Below are positions 33,358 through 44,913 of a DNA stretch of 64,000 bases, piece after piece (positions within the stretch are counted from its first letter, which is position 1; every line of letters begins with the position of its first letter). The position numbers and the translations under genes were made by a program. Source of the DNA: Eukaryota sp. TZLM1-RC (lineage: Eukaryota > Protista > Metamonada: BaSk clade). The notes below the pieces were generated by a model that saw only the letters and a list, made by a program, of their open reading frames with translations, made no database searches and was not told the DNA's origin. Location of the stretch: contig JAUPSS010000004.1 in the NCBI GenBank assembly GCA_040285825.1, positions 3,789,658 through 3,853,657 of the forward strand, in the 5' to 3' direction.

Positions 33358-35388
33358 TCATTTTTTCTTTTTCTTTCCCTTCTTTCCCTTTTTCCCTTTC
33401 TTTTCTTTCTTCTTGTTGCCAGCACTAGGTAACCTACTACCAGGAATTGGCAAATTCGACAAACACTCCGCATAGCTTCTGTCTTCAGGAAATAACAAAG
33501 TTGATTCCAAAGCTCTATTATTGACAAAGCCTTCATCCAATTGACGGATTTTATCAATAACAGGAAGAGCTTTGAAATTAACTTCACTAGAGGGAGGTGG
33601 TTTTGTTGGAATTTGAGGTAAAGTTTCCTTTAAGAAAGAAACCACATCAAAAGGATCTTGTTCTTCTACTTCATTCTGTTTAGGTTCTTTTTTTGAGGTC
33701 TTCTTAGCTCCAGATGGTGCTTTTCCCTGTTTGTTACCGGAGAGTAATTGTCTTTGAGTCCCAACCAGCTCCACTAACTGTGGTGTTACAGGAAAGCAAT
33801 CAGAATTTGCCTCGTTTTTGGAAATAAATCCAGGTCTGGGGGTTATTAACCCTCTGAGTTTGAGTGATTGAACTTGAGGGACGGAGGGTTTCCCTTTCTT
33901 ATCATCATCCTTTCCCTTTTTGGGAGGTTCTTTTCCCTTCTTATCCTTCTTTCCCTTCTTATCCTTCTTTCCCTTCTTCTCTGGAGCAGCTGGTGCGGTA
34001 AACGGCCTCGGAACAACATCTACTTCATGATTATGAGGAACTTCGCTAAACAAACCCATATCTTGAAGAGCAGCAACACTTCTTGAGGTGAGACCACTCC
34101 AGTCCCTACATTCCCTAGTCCTGGTTTGATTTATGCCACTCACAGAGGCATAAGGGGAAAGGAACAAGTGCCCTTCTTTTCTGTAAAGCTTTGGTTGTTT
34201 TTGCAACCAAGAATCGTTATCTTCTGCCTCATTCTGTGCATCTTCAACTGAATCAACAGTTTCCACTTCAACGTTATCGTAAGTTGGAGTTCTTCTGGAC
34301 AATTCACTAGATAATGGACCCCTTATCAGCGACTTGCTATCTTCGGCAGGCCTGCCTTGAACATCCAACGTCACCGGTGCTTTCACTAAGCCGAGTGAAC
34401 TCCTTCTAAAACTAAACTCCTGGGTTGGTGGAACAGGGGGGAGGTGGGGGTAAGTGGTGACTAGAGGTGAGGAAGATTCCAGTTTGGTGGAGAAAGAGTG
34501 AGCTCGTCGAACTGATTGATTGGTTGATTGTTGATTGATTTGGTGATTGATTGATTGATCACGAATTACTCGCGATAGCTCTTGTGATCGTTGAGTTAAA
34601 ATTGATTGTTCGACTTTGTCTTCAATACTATCAAAGTCTTCAACTTTTTGACAATCATTTCCTGATTTTTGACCTGATTGTAGACTAGCCTTAACGGCTG
34701 TGACCCCCAAATAAATGGATTCAGAATTTAAAAAGAACGCACTCTGATCTTGTACTGATCCTTTCTTGTCAGCTAATGATCTCTTCTTGAAATATTCACC
34801 TTCGAGACGACCTCGACAAGTCATCATTGACCTCAACCTCTCTTCCTTCAAAGCGTCCCTTCGTTGGGGATACCTAGCAAACAGATCTTTTGTTCTATAC
34901 CCGTCCAGTTCGCTTGGAGGTGGGGGTTGTGAAGGTTCAAGCTCGGGGGGTAATTGAGGAGTACGGAGAGAGTCAAGAGAAGGTATTGAAGAGACAAAAG
35001 CTTTGTATTCATTGAGAGACTGGGATTGGCGTTCCTCTACCAGAGGTACGTCATCATGAACGGAAAGGGATGAGGTTTGGGATCTTGAGTGCAAGTCCAC
35101 AGACTTTGTGTTACGTAGCTCGAGAGATATGGGGGATGGAGAATCCCTCCGTTGGTTCGGTGGTGGTTGGGAATGTGTGTGGGAGGTAGATGTTTGGACA
35201 GGATCGGGTAAAACGACATTAGACCGTTGCTGATAGCGATTACGACGTTCTATACGAGCCCTGTCTTCTACGTCGTCTGGATTTGAAGATTGTACTGTGG
35301 AATTCGGTTGTAAAGAAATGCCGGATGAATTCAGAGAAAGGTCGTCTGTATGCCTACTACCCACCTTGGACAGGGGATTAAGGTTCAT
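33358..35388 (-). CDS. Hypothetical low-complexity, Lys-rich protein (676 aa)
   Basis: Long intact ORF with KKGKKD repeats. Confidence 0.8.
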   Translation of the reverse strand: MNLNPLSKVGSRHTDDLSLNSSGISLQPNSTVQSSNPDDVEDRARIERRNRYQQRSNVVLPDPVQTSTSHTHSQPPPNQRRDSPSPISLELRNTKSVDLHSRSQTSSLSVHDDVPLVEERQSQSLNEYKAFVSSIPSLDSLRTPQLPPELEPSQPPPPSELDGYRTKDLFARYPQRRDALKEERLRSMMTCRGRLEGEYFKKRSLADKKGSVQDQSAFFLNSESIYLGVTAVKASLQSGQKSGNDCQKVEDFDSIEDKVEQSILTQRSQELSRVIRDQSINHQINQQSTNQSVRRAHSFSTKLESSSPLVTTYPHLPPVPPTQEFSFRRSSLGLVKAPVTLDVQGRPAEDSKSLIRGPLSSELSRRTPTYDNVEVETVDSVEDAQNEAEDNDSWLQKQPKLYRKEGHLFLSPYASVSGINQTRTRECRDWSGLTSRSVAALQDMGLFSEVPHNHEVDVVPRPFTAPAAPEKKGKKDKKGKKDKKGKEPPKKGKDDDKKGKPSVPQVQSLKLRGLITPRPGFISKNEANSDCFPVTPQLVELVGTQRQLLSGNKQGKAPSGAKKTSKKEPKQNEVEEQDPFDVVSFLKETLPQIPTKPPPSSEVNFKALPVIDKIRQLDEGFVNNRALESTLLFPEDRSYAECLSNLPIPGSRLPSAGNKKKEKKGKKGKKGKKKKK

Positions 35389-35835
35389 TAGGGGGATGAA
35401 TTATATAATGACTTAGACTTTAATTGTAATGAGTGTTGCCAAAATTGTGAAGATTCAAAAAATGTCCCAGTTTCCTATTCTAGCTTATCTTAGTCTGTAT
35501 TGTAGTGGATCAGAATGGACTAAAGATTCAATTCCTACATTTTGTGGTTTTATAAGAGGTCATAATAACTCCTATTTTCAGTTTTTTGAAACATCAGCTG
35601 CTGCAAAAGTTTACATTGAAAAACATATTGCCTATCATTGCATTAAATGAAGAAATAGCCAAATTTGATATTCAGATAAAGAATCTTTGTTTTTCCAAAT
35701 CAAAGATAGCAATCAAGGTACGATTTTGACTTTAGTTCAATTTCAAAACACAATTTCAGTATCCAAGATTTAATAGTTACCAAACAACTACACTCCATAT
35801 AAACTACCAGTGTTTCATCCTCAGTAGTAACACAA

Positions 35836-36222
35836 ATGACCTGTTCATCAAACAAACATGCATCTTTTGAGTTACCAAACAACTACACTCCACATAAACT
35901 ACCAGCATTTCACCCTCATGGTAACAAAAATGACCTGTTCATCACATCCTCCTCCCATATAAATGCAGCATGTAAAAGGGCAATCAAACTGTTTGACAGT
36001 GGATTTACTTCAGTCAGCATCAATGGGCTTGGCAATGCAATTTACAAGGCAGTTGAAACAGCAAACCTTATAATAGATAGTTTTCATCTACCATTGAAAA
36101 CCAAGATAGAAACAGGTTCTACAGAGGTGTACAATGAGCTCTTACCAAAGACTGATGACCTTCTACCGATTGTTACTTCAAAGTCTCGCTCTTTTATACA
36201 TTTAACTTTAACAAAAGTGTGA
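35836..36222 (+). CDS. POP7: RNase P/MRP subunit POP7/Rpp20 (Alba fold)
   Basis: NDLFITSSS..AACKRAIKLF..VSINGLGNAIYKAVETA..ETGST. Confidence 0.8.
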   Translation: MTCSSNKHASFELPNNYTPHKLPAFHPHGNKNDLFITSSSHINAACKRAIKLFDSGFTSVSINGLGNAIYKAVETANLIIDSFHLPLKTKIETGSTEVYNELLPKTDDLLPIVTSKSRSFIHLTLTKV

Positions 36223-36407
36223 ACTAATTGTTTCATAATTCAATACATCCAATGTTTTTTAATTTATCAATGAGGGAAATTGTCATTGATGTGTTTTCGT
36301 TTGATTTATAAATTAATATTTTGAAGAATTCCAATACTCAAAATTATTAGAATCAATAATAGGATTTTAATACAACAGTGGAGACAGAGAAATTTATAAC
36401 TAAAAGA

Positions 36408-37679
36408 CTATGCAGTTTGTTCAATCACACTCTCTTGGGCGGGTTGCTGAGTGGGGTCAGGGTTCTCTTCCTCAAACTTCTTCAATAATTCTTGATATTC
36501 TTTAACTCGTTGAGCTTTAATATCATCAACTTGGGAAAGCATTTCCTCCTTTTTAGCAGTGACAGCCTTGATGGTCTCATCTACAGCATCAATGCTGAGT
36601 GGGGGTGAGAGGTTAACTTGGGAAAAATAATGCAGACATTCAAAGTCGAGAGCGAGTTTAGGACTCTTCTTCTTGGACTTCTTTGATTTTGAAACATGCT
36701 GATTGGGCTTGGGTTTTAAAGAATTCAAATAGGAAAGCAAAAGATCACATACTCTTAGCTCCTCAAAGAAGGGAGGATCAGCAGCCTTACGTTCTGCCTC
36801 CTTTAAAAAGGCAGCCTTCTTGCGTTCTTGGTTGAACTTTGCTTGTTCAGCCTTTCTAGCTGTATGGTATTGATCATTAGCTACTTTATACTGTTCATTG
36901 GCAGTGTTCCATTCTTCGTACATTTGTTTTCGTTTAGCGATAAGTTCATCAATTTGTTTGTTGATTTCAGCCTTTTGGTGTTCGAGTGCAGGTAATTCTG
37001 ACTTGGCCTCCTTATGAGCATCATTTTTCCTACGAATCTGCTCTCCGAGTTTCCTGAGTTCGTCCTTCATGCCGGCAAGCTGAGCCTTGACCTGTTCTTC
37101 AGCAGATATTTGAGCCTTGGTGTCAGTTATAAGGTTGCTCACCTCAGCGAGACGGGACTCGATACGGGGCATGTGGAGACGTGCAAGTTTGAGCTGGTCA
37201 ACCTCTCGCATAAGTTGTTTTTGTCTATCCTTGGTTAATCTAGCCGTTGCTAGTTCGTACTCTACTTTAGACAGCTCCGCGTCTACACTTTCTACAGTTT
37301 TATGTTTCATACATATCCTCTCTCTTTCTGACAAAAGTTCCTTCTGCTCATTGAAGAGGACAGACTTCCTTTGATTGAGGGGTCGTAACTTCTCAGAAAG
37401 TTGACGTTCCTTCTCGGCGACCTCGTCCTTCAAGGACATACGACGAGCACGGAGTTCATCCAACTCTGGATTTTTAAGGAGGTCTTTAATGGATTGCTCA
37501 ATAGACTTACGTTGTTCTACTAAACCGTCTAGCTTAGTACGAATTTCATCAAGTGCCGCTTGGTGCTTGGCCTTGTTAGGCTTAGCAGGTTGAACTAAGT
37601 CAGTCTGAAAGCTTGAAGACTGTCTTGGGCGTTGGTTGGAGCGTTGGGAACGCTGTTGAGCACGAGTACCAGATGTCAT
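36408..37679 (-). CDS. Bfr1-like coiled-coil protein
   Basis: Long coiled coil; PFFEELRVCDLLLSYL and FSQVNLSPPLSIDAVDETI at the C-terminus. Confidence 0.7.
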   Translation of the reverse strand: MTSGTRAQQRSQRSNQRPRQSSSFQTDLVQPAKPNKAKHQAALDEIRTKLDGLVEQRKSIEQSIKDLLKNPELDELRARRMSLKDEVAEKERQLSEKLRPLNQRKSVLFNEQKELLSERERICMKHKTVESVDAELSKVEYELATARLTKDRQKQLMREVDQLKLARLHMPRIESRLAEVSNLITDTKAQISAEEQVKAQLAGMKDELRKLGEQIRRKNDAHKEAKSELPALEHQKAEINKQIDELIAKRKQMYEEWNTANEQYKVANDQYHTARKAEQAKFNQERKKAAFLKEAERKAADPPFFEELRVCDLLLSYLNSLKPKPNQHVSKSKKSKKKSPKLALDFECLHYFSQVNLSPPLSIDAVDETIKAVTAKKEEMLSQVDDIKAQRVKEYQELLKKFEEENPDPTQQPAQESVIEQTA

Positions 37680-37788
37680 GAGATGGATGAAGAAAAATGA
37701 CGACCTTTCTTTTTGAAAATACTTCAACCTTCAACCTTGTCTTCAACCTTGTCAACAGCTATCCACTCAGCATTAAATATCACATAGC

Positions 37789-38484
37789 ATGACTGATGCC
37801 CATACTGTTAACAACATTGATTTGGAATTTCCTATATTATGTTCCACTTGTTTAGGCCCCTCAAAACACATACAGATGGTTCGCCGACACGCGTTTTCTT
37901 CTTGTCGCATTTGTGATAGACCGTACACATCTTTTAGATGGCAACCTGGGCCTAAAGCAAGATACAAACATACAGTTGTTTGTGCTACTTGTGCAAGGGG
38001 GCAGAATGTCTGTGAATGCTGTTTACTAGACCTTGATTTAGGAATATCAGTAGCTAAAAGAGACTCACTTTCCAACTCCCTTGTCGCACGATCTAGAAAG
38101 GGCAAGGAATACTTGGCGACCCTCGCAGAAAGCAAGGAGCATGAAATGTCATTACAAAACAGCGATTTGGGCAAGATTGAGCCTTTAAGGAGGTCATCCC
38201 TTCTCAAGAATGCTGATCTTAAGCCAGACTACACTCGAAATCAAGCCAAAACATGCACTTTTTGGTTGAAAGGTACCTGTAACAGAGGAAAAGAATGTCC
38301 ATATCGCCACTCAAAAGACGAAAAAGATTCAACTCTCTCCATTGAACAACGATTTTATGGAGAGTCTTCATCAAAGACTTGCACCACCAAATCCACTCTT
38401 GATTCAATACCTCTACCCCATGAAACAAGTGGAGAGGAGGTGATGTACAAAGTGATGGATCCTGAGAATATAGGTGGTGTTTAA
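37789..38484 (+). CDS. RBM22: Pre-mRNA splicing factor RBM22/Slt11 (no RRM)
   Basis: FPILCSTCLG, CRICDRPYTSFRWQPG, CARGQNVCECCLLDL, CTFWLKGTCNRGKECPYRH. Confidence 0.9.
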   Translation: MTDAHTVNNIDLEFPILCSTCLGPSKHIQMVRRHAFSSCRICDRPYTSFRWQPGPKARYKHTVVCATCARGQNVCECCLLDLDLGISVAKRDSLSNSLVARSRKGKEYLATLAESKEHEMSLQNSDLGKIEPLRRSSLLKNADLKPDYTRNQAKTCTFWLKGTCNRGKECPYRHSKDEKDSTLSIEQRFYGESSSKTCTTKSTLDSIPLPHETSGEEVMYKVMDPENIGGV

Positions 38485-38537
38485 TGGTAAAAAATCAATA
38501 AATTACTAAATTTATTATTTATTTAGAAATTAATTTT

Positions 38538-39371
38538 CTATACACGAATATAGTTGAAAGTATTTAATGTCCTCCTTTTTGGCCATTTTTCTTTCAACAT
38601 TGACAACAAAACCGCATAAGGCAAGACATCTAGCAAAAAGTAATAGAGTAACACCACAATAGCATGACCACCAAAAGGATCATCATCTAACATTGAAATA
38701 AACTGAAACAGACCACGAACAAGAAAACACACAGCCGAAATAGCAGTTACATAGGCTACTTTTTTCATTTGCTTTTTCAGAAATACTGAAACAATGGGGA
38801 ATCGTTTCAAGGAGAGAACCAATGTAACCCCATAACACATAAATCCAAGGGAAGCAAGTAAACAAGCCGTCATGAAGAGGATGGCCGAGGCCTTGAGGGT
38901 CCAATCCTGGTTGACCGGATCAATTCCAACGTAGACCCACATGGTTATGGCGGCGATGTAGAAGACGATGTTAGACCAGACAAAGAAGTGTTTCATTCGG
39001 TTTGATGATGTGATAGTGGATCCAGCGGCATGACACAGATCTCGCAGGTAGTAGATGAGGAGGGAGAAGGTTGAATAACAGATAACTGCAGGTCCTTCTA
39101 TGAGAAACTCGGTAAAGAATCTAGCAATAGGTGTTTGATCATCAACTTCTTTGATTTCAAAGAAAAGTTCAAGAATCAAGAAAACAGTACGGATTGAGGC
39201 ATTTAAGAAAACAAAGAACAGTAACCAAAAGTGTATCGACCACCGTTTAGGTGCATTGCCTAGATGAAGATAAAGAAAAACAGAAGACACTATGAAGAAG
39301 ATTATATACAATGCAGCGAGGACGCCATACACTACATCATGGGCGTCATCGAACCTCAGTATGCTTAGCAT
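38538..39371 (-). CDS. TOM1/THH1 (DUF1084)-like 7-TM protein
   Basis: Seven hydrophobic segments; YSTFSLLIYY, LKRFPI, CFLVR. Confidence 0.75.
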   Translation of the reverse strand: MLSILRFDDAHDVVYGVLAALYIIFFIVSSVFLYLHLGNAPKRWSIHFWLLFFVFLNASIRTVFLILELFFEIKEVDDQTPIARFFTEFLIEGPAVICYSTFSLLIYYLRDLCHAAGSTITSSNRMKHFFVWSNIVFYIAAITMWVYVGIDPVNQDWTLKASAILFMTACLLASLGFMCYGVTLVLSLKRFPIVSVFLKKQMKKVAYVTAISAVCFLVRGLFQFISMLDDDPFGGHAIVVLLYYFLLDVLPYAVLLSMLKEKWPKRRTLNTFNYIRV

Positions 39372-39527
39372 GTGGAGATTTGAAGCAGCTACTGTCTGTG
39401 GTTTTCACTGGAAATGCATTCTTTATCTGAAATGTCAATTTCCAATACTTCAACCGCATCCACATGTCTAAACTTAACCATCAGGAGATGATTGGCTTAG
39501 ATCAAAATACGTTGGATTTGAAGACTC
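39372..39527 (-). ncRNA. Candidate omegaRNA / right end of the 39.5-41.1 kb Fanzor, plus host leader
   Basis: 156 nt between the Fanzor stop and the host ATG; contains GAATGCAT-N5-GTGAAA-N2-CACAG. Confidence 0.5.
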
Positions 39528-41139
39528 TTATTGAGGTCTTCTAAAAGCTAGGGGTCTAGTGTTCAAAAAGTACTCGCTTACTGCAATCTTCCACTGGTTT
39601 CTCGATGCAGAGATATCTCTTGACCAAACTATTCCACATTCTGAACATACAAAATAGGCTTTAGACTTTTTCCTTTCTCCATTCTCTATGAAGTAAAGGT
39701 CTTCATGGAAAACTTTGCAACATTTCACTTTGGCAGATGTATAGTATTCATCGCCATCCTTCAAGGTTGGAAATCGAGCCTTGAGATACTTCAGAAAACG
39801 CTTTCTTGGTGTTTTCACTCTTTGACGAGATGGTCCATCACCTCCTTTCCCAAACCAAATAATTACTTCACGATTTTCAGCCATGTCTTTGATTTTCTGG
39901 ACAAAATGGCTGAATCTCTTTTGGTGACGTATAAAATAGTCGAAGCGGTTATGGCGTATAGCTTCTTTTTCCTTGCTCTAGATGGTGGTCCAATAAACTT
40001 TGTCTTTCAGTGTTGTCTCTTTGAGGATTCACATTAAGCCACTGTTCCATTTTAGTAGGTTGAGTAACATCGACCAACTCTGTTGTCATTGCAATCAGAT
40101 ACTGATAATTGCCCTGAACGGAATAGCAGTTTGGAATCAGTTGGCTGAACGGAGGAGGAGTTGTCATTGAGCGATGCTTGGGTGATAAGACAATGCCTCA
40201 TCTCAGTGGTCCACAAGCTTGACCAGCTGTCCAACCCACTAGATTACTGTGGTTGGGGTCCTTGGCCACAAAGAAAGGCTTGGGGAGGCCCCTGTTGCTG
40301 ACTGGTCTTCTGGGCCTGGTGACTTTCTGCTGCATTGTCTTGGAACGGTTGATTTGAGAAGCGTGAAAGTCTTCCACTACAGCTGCAGCTCGAGCTTCAT
40401 TCATCTCTATTTTGGTGCGCCTTTGACGAGTAGACTTGTCCATGCGTGAAAAAAGCAAACGCAAGCTAACACCGTCAGTGGCCACAGAATACTCTGGGTA
40501 TCTGTCCCGAGATAAGCCCCGAGATAGCGGTAGGGGCACACAAAAAACTGACCGCCATGGTTTCTGGAAGCAAAGGCGTCGAGATTTTGTTGGTTTAGGT
40601 TCACAAAGCCTGGCATTTAACTCGCGAGGGGAGACAAGGCATGGCGTTTTATATTGTTGGGAGAAACACCCTCCAGGAATGACAGTATGGTTAAGCCACA
40701 ATGGAGGAGAAAAACAGCAATTTCATCGCTTAGTCGCATAATTGTTTCTGTAAGGCTACGCTCAAAGGTGCACTGGTTATTATTGTCGAAGAAAATCACC
40801 ACTGCAGTCCCGCAGAGCTTCCCATCTGGCGCTGATAAGCTCATGCCTCTGGTTGGCAAAGGCCGCAACTCTAGGTGAGAATGTTGCCCGGCGCAAAACA
40901 CATGAGGCATAGGCTTTGGGTGCTGGACATTCCAGGCAGCGGGAGCACGTTTTAAAAAAGTTTTGCTTTAAGCACACCGGTCCATCTGTCAAAAAACGGC
41001 GGTGTACTTCCGCAAAGCGACGGGCTTTGTTTGTCGAAAACAGACAAAAGCAGACGCAGACGCGTTTGATAGTGTCTGTGTAACAAAACTTATTTCCTTG
41101 TTTGTTTGGTTTGGTCAAACCCGCCACATTCTGTGTCAC
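39528..41139 (-). mobile_element. Fanzor pseudogene (multiple frameshifts; 5' limit approximate)
   Basis: SVATDGVSL, VAKDPN (RuvC-I), GDEYYTSAKVKCC (RuvC-II), VCSECGIVWSRDISASRN (ZnF, RuvC-III). Confidence 0.85.
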
Positions 41140-41809
41140 TGGAACATAGGAATGAAGTTATTGAACCTTTTGCAGCACTGTTTTCTGAACTTATACGCTT
41201 CAGTTGCACTTCCAGAACAAAGACCATACCAACGTTTTATACATTAGATATGGATCCAATAGATTCCGATACTTTTGGAGATGAACCTATGGTTGGTCCA
41301 CATATTATCCTCAATTCGACATAGATCGACTCCAATTAGTTTATTTTCAACTGCTTTTACCCCAACAACAGCCTCTTCAATTTTCCAAAAGAGTGGAAGA
41401 CCTCAAACCGTTGATCCTCTAGTCAGCTCCTTATAATCACCGAGTCCTGTAACAACCTTGACAGACTCACACAAAACCACAACCTTTAACAGTAGTATTA
41501 ACTATTCTTTAAGAGTTTTTAATTGAGATCAATACTATTAAACTGAAAAATGTTGTATGATCATCAATATTTGACATTCTATTCGGTGAACATTCTATAA
41601 GGTGAGTGACCAAGTGTTGAATATTAGAAAAGAACAGTGAGAGCATTTTGAATTTTATTTCTATTTGTATATAATGTAGACTACTTTTGAAGATTTGCTA
41701 AAATTCCTTCGTCATTTCATTGTGCCAAGAAAACAACTTTGTTCTGTTGAACCAGCTAGAGCAGCTGATTGTGTGAAATAAAGTATTAAAGATGTCTAAT
41801 GGGATAACA

Positions 41810-42730
41810 ATTTTAAATTAGCAGTTTTGTTGGAGAGAACTTCAGCAAAAACTTTTGAAAGCTGGGCTTTTGATGTTAGACTTGGCTCTGCCAAGGAAGT
41901 AAGTTTGTTGCTGCAATTCTTTTACATGATAAATATGATTGTACATCGTCTGCTTTAGTAACAACAATTCCTCAAATGTATGGCACTCTCTTAATCGATT
42001 CTCAGGCATCCTAAATGCTGTTGTCCATCATCATAATTATGTGACTAATAAATAGAAATATAAATGTGTATGTGTAATGTAGGACAAAGTTGTTTATTAA
42101 CTATTAAAATTACTATCATTTCGAGGTTATTCTCATTTGTTAATTTGTAAACATTTTATTACCTTTAGAAGCAGAGTTCACGATGCTGTAAGAGACCAAT
42201 TATTTTGTATGTGTATGTCTCATAGAATTCAAGCTATTTTGGAACCTTTCTTATCAAATCTGTTTGATGGTGATGATTTTTATAATAATAGAGGTGATTT
42301 CATGTTACCTGGTTTAGATGGAACCTTCATTTCAGAGAATGTAATGTCTGTTGATCCTGATAATGTTTCAAATGAAAGGCTTGCTAATTTTCAAATTCCC
42401 AAACCTTTTTCAATTGCTCTAAATTTTAGAATCAAAAATTAGAGTAAACCTTAGCCCAAATTGTCTACCCAACAGCATGCAAAATACAATTTGTATCCAT
42501 TTGTATTTTCTCTATTTGGTTCACCTGCTCCCACCGCTTTACGTTTTTTGGCATATTTTGGAATGATTGTAAAGAAAAGGACCAATAGAAAATTTAACAA
42601 ATTGTTTTGGCAAAATACAATTGTGTTTTAATTTTTAAAGGAATCTTGGAGATGGTTTCTGATGCTAAGCTTTCTCTTATATCTTACTATGAGAATGTTG
42701 CATCTAGTTGTTTTGTTTTGGGAGAGAATG
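41810..42730 (+). mobile_element. Degenerate RLE retrotransposon family B copy
   Basis: CKHFITFRSRVHDAVRD..NRGD; similar to 5080-5975. Confidence 0.8.
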
Positions 42731-43430
42731 ATTAATCTTTTATTATTAAAAGAAAAATGCTCTGGATTGATTTGTTCGAATTCACCTCAACTCACTTTGC
42801 GTTATGCTCTGAATTGTTCTAAATTGATAACCTATCGTTCTTCATTACATGATGCTGTTAGAGACACTGTTTTCAATATGGCACGAACTGCAAGAATCTC
42901 GTGTATTAAAGAGCCTCTGCTGAAAGAAACATTGTCATTGAATAATCTTGGTTCTGATGACAGAGGTGATGTGCACTGTGATTGGATTGAGAACTCTGAA
43001 GCTGTTTTTGACTTTGTCTCCTGTAATGTTGCAAATGACACTTTGGTTCAAAGTAGAAAATTTAATCCTGTATATGCTCTCGAATTTAAGGCCAAAAAAA
43101 CTTAAAAAATATGACAAAGATATCGAAGAAGCTAATGCTAATAGAAATAGACCACTTGTTTTTATTGCTTTTACATTTTCTATAAACGGAAGACTATAAG
43201 TAGAAGCAGTCATTTTTTTTGATGATTTCCAAAAAATGGTTCAAGACAAAACAATGAAAAGATTTGATATCTTTTTCTGGCGCTCTCGAATTCAATTTGC
43301 CATAAACAATAAATTTCCTCGGTTTTTCAATCAAATTAGAGAAGCTTTAGCTAGACAGTAAGCAGATCAAGTTTTTGTAGAGGAAATCTTGGTTCATTGA
43401 ATTTCGTCCCATTAGTTATGAGTTTATAAT
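42731..43430 (+). mobile_element. RLE retrotransposon family A, 3' part, fused directly behind the family B copy
   Basis: RSSLHDAVRD..DDRGDV..DFVSCNV..KYDKDIEE. Confidence 0.85.
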
Positions 43431-44018
43431 GCTAAGTGTGCAAGCTTAATAAATATTTTGAGAGAATGATTATTGAGATGTATATACATAACTTGTTCAA
43501 TAAATAAATATTAGTTGAAAAAAGTAGATAATTTTGAAAAAATTGACGTGTATTCAAAAATATTGTTTTCAATGTGAAGGGTAATTTTCGTGAACGATAA
43601 TACAAAAAACACAAATCTTGATTCATAATACCAGATTGGTGATTCACAAGCAACACTCAAAAAGACATTCCATCAAATGTTGCTGTAACATCCTTGTTCA
43701 ATGTAACCACTACTCTTACAAGGGATTGAATAGTAAATATCTTTGAATGACAACACTGATAAAATAAAATCATAACTGATAAAACGAAATTCATCAAACC
43801 AAGATTTGCTCTACAAAACCCTTATCTGCGTGTTTGCTCGCCATTACTGCTCCTATTCGATAAAAAACCGAGGTAATTTATTAATTACAGCAAATTGAAT
43901 TACCATATCAGGAATTCTATTATGCAATGATTCAATAAGCACAGAAAGTTTTTGAAACAATATAAAATAATTTAAGAATTCTTTATTAGTTTCCTTCAAT
44001 CTTTGCTTAGCCAAAGTG

Positions 44019-44153
44019 CTATTGTCTTCTTTTTCTCATTTGTACTGTCAGTGGTTCTGAGTTTCTGATGGCATTCTCAACCGCTTTTGCTTCTTGTGGG
44101 TTCTTTGAAGGGTCGATGCGAATCTTGTGGGCGTTACGCTGTTGAAAGTCCAT
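44019..44153 (-). CDS. Candidate 44-aa small protein MDFQQRNAHKIRIDPSKNPQEAKAVENAIRNSEPLTVQMRKRRQ
   Basis: GC-richer island with an ATG preceded by TTTCACA; below the ORF-track cutoff. Confidence 0.35.
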   Translation of the reverse strand: MDFQQRNAHKIRIDPSKNPQEAKAVENAIRNSEPLTVQMRKRRQ

Positions 44154-44913
44154 TGTGAAACATGGAGATTGGAAACTGACAGGAACACCTACAAACTTGG
44201 TAGGTATCTCTAATCAATTAATTTGATTCTATTATTCATTAATCAAGCAAATATTAGCAAAATTTTAAATAATCCAACGACGTTCTTCAGAGTACTTTCA
44301 GCAACCTTGATCGAAGTAGAACAAGAAACCATGGTTTTTTTGAAATTTCCTATTCAATTCAACCTTACAACTTACTCTTCGTACCTAATCACAATATGAT
44401 TTAGATGCCTGTTGAAAAGGTCAAATTAAAATATTCTCATTACGGCTAAAACATGATGGACGAATTATCAATTTTGAGTTGGCTTTATCAAATGAAAGAG
44501 TACAACAGTTTACTAAAAATTTGCAACACCAATTAATAGTTGATTTCACTGATACCCAAGTGTTACCAGATGAACAATAATAATGTGCTTTTTGCTGAGT
44601 TTGTACAGAGTTTGATCACTTAAACTCGCACTGTATGCGCTACAACTTTCAATTTTTCCTATATATGGGGTGAAACATTGATAAATTGTTTCCTGAATGT
44701 AATTGAAATAAATCAATAGAGGGTTTCAAAACCACAGCTAATTGAATAAATAAATAATTAAAAAACAATTTAATTTAAATGTCAACAAACTAATCAAACA
44801 GTTGGAAGAAATTTTTCACTAGGTATAGCTGATGAATACATTATTCCTTAATTTTAATAGTCTTGTTGAAAATTTGGTGAGAGCTGAATGGACATTATTA
44901 TTTTATATGGATA

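Noticed and set aside
33860-33980. CTTCTTATCCTTCTTTCC repeats
   Set aside because: Simply encode KKGKKD low-complexity protein sequence.
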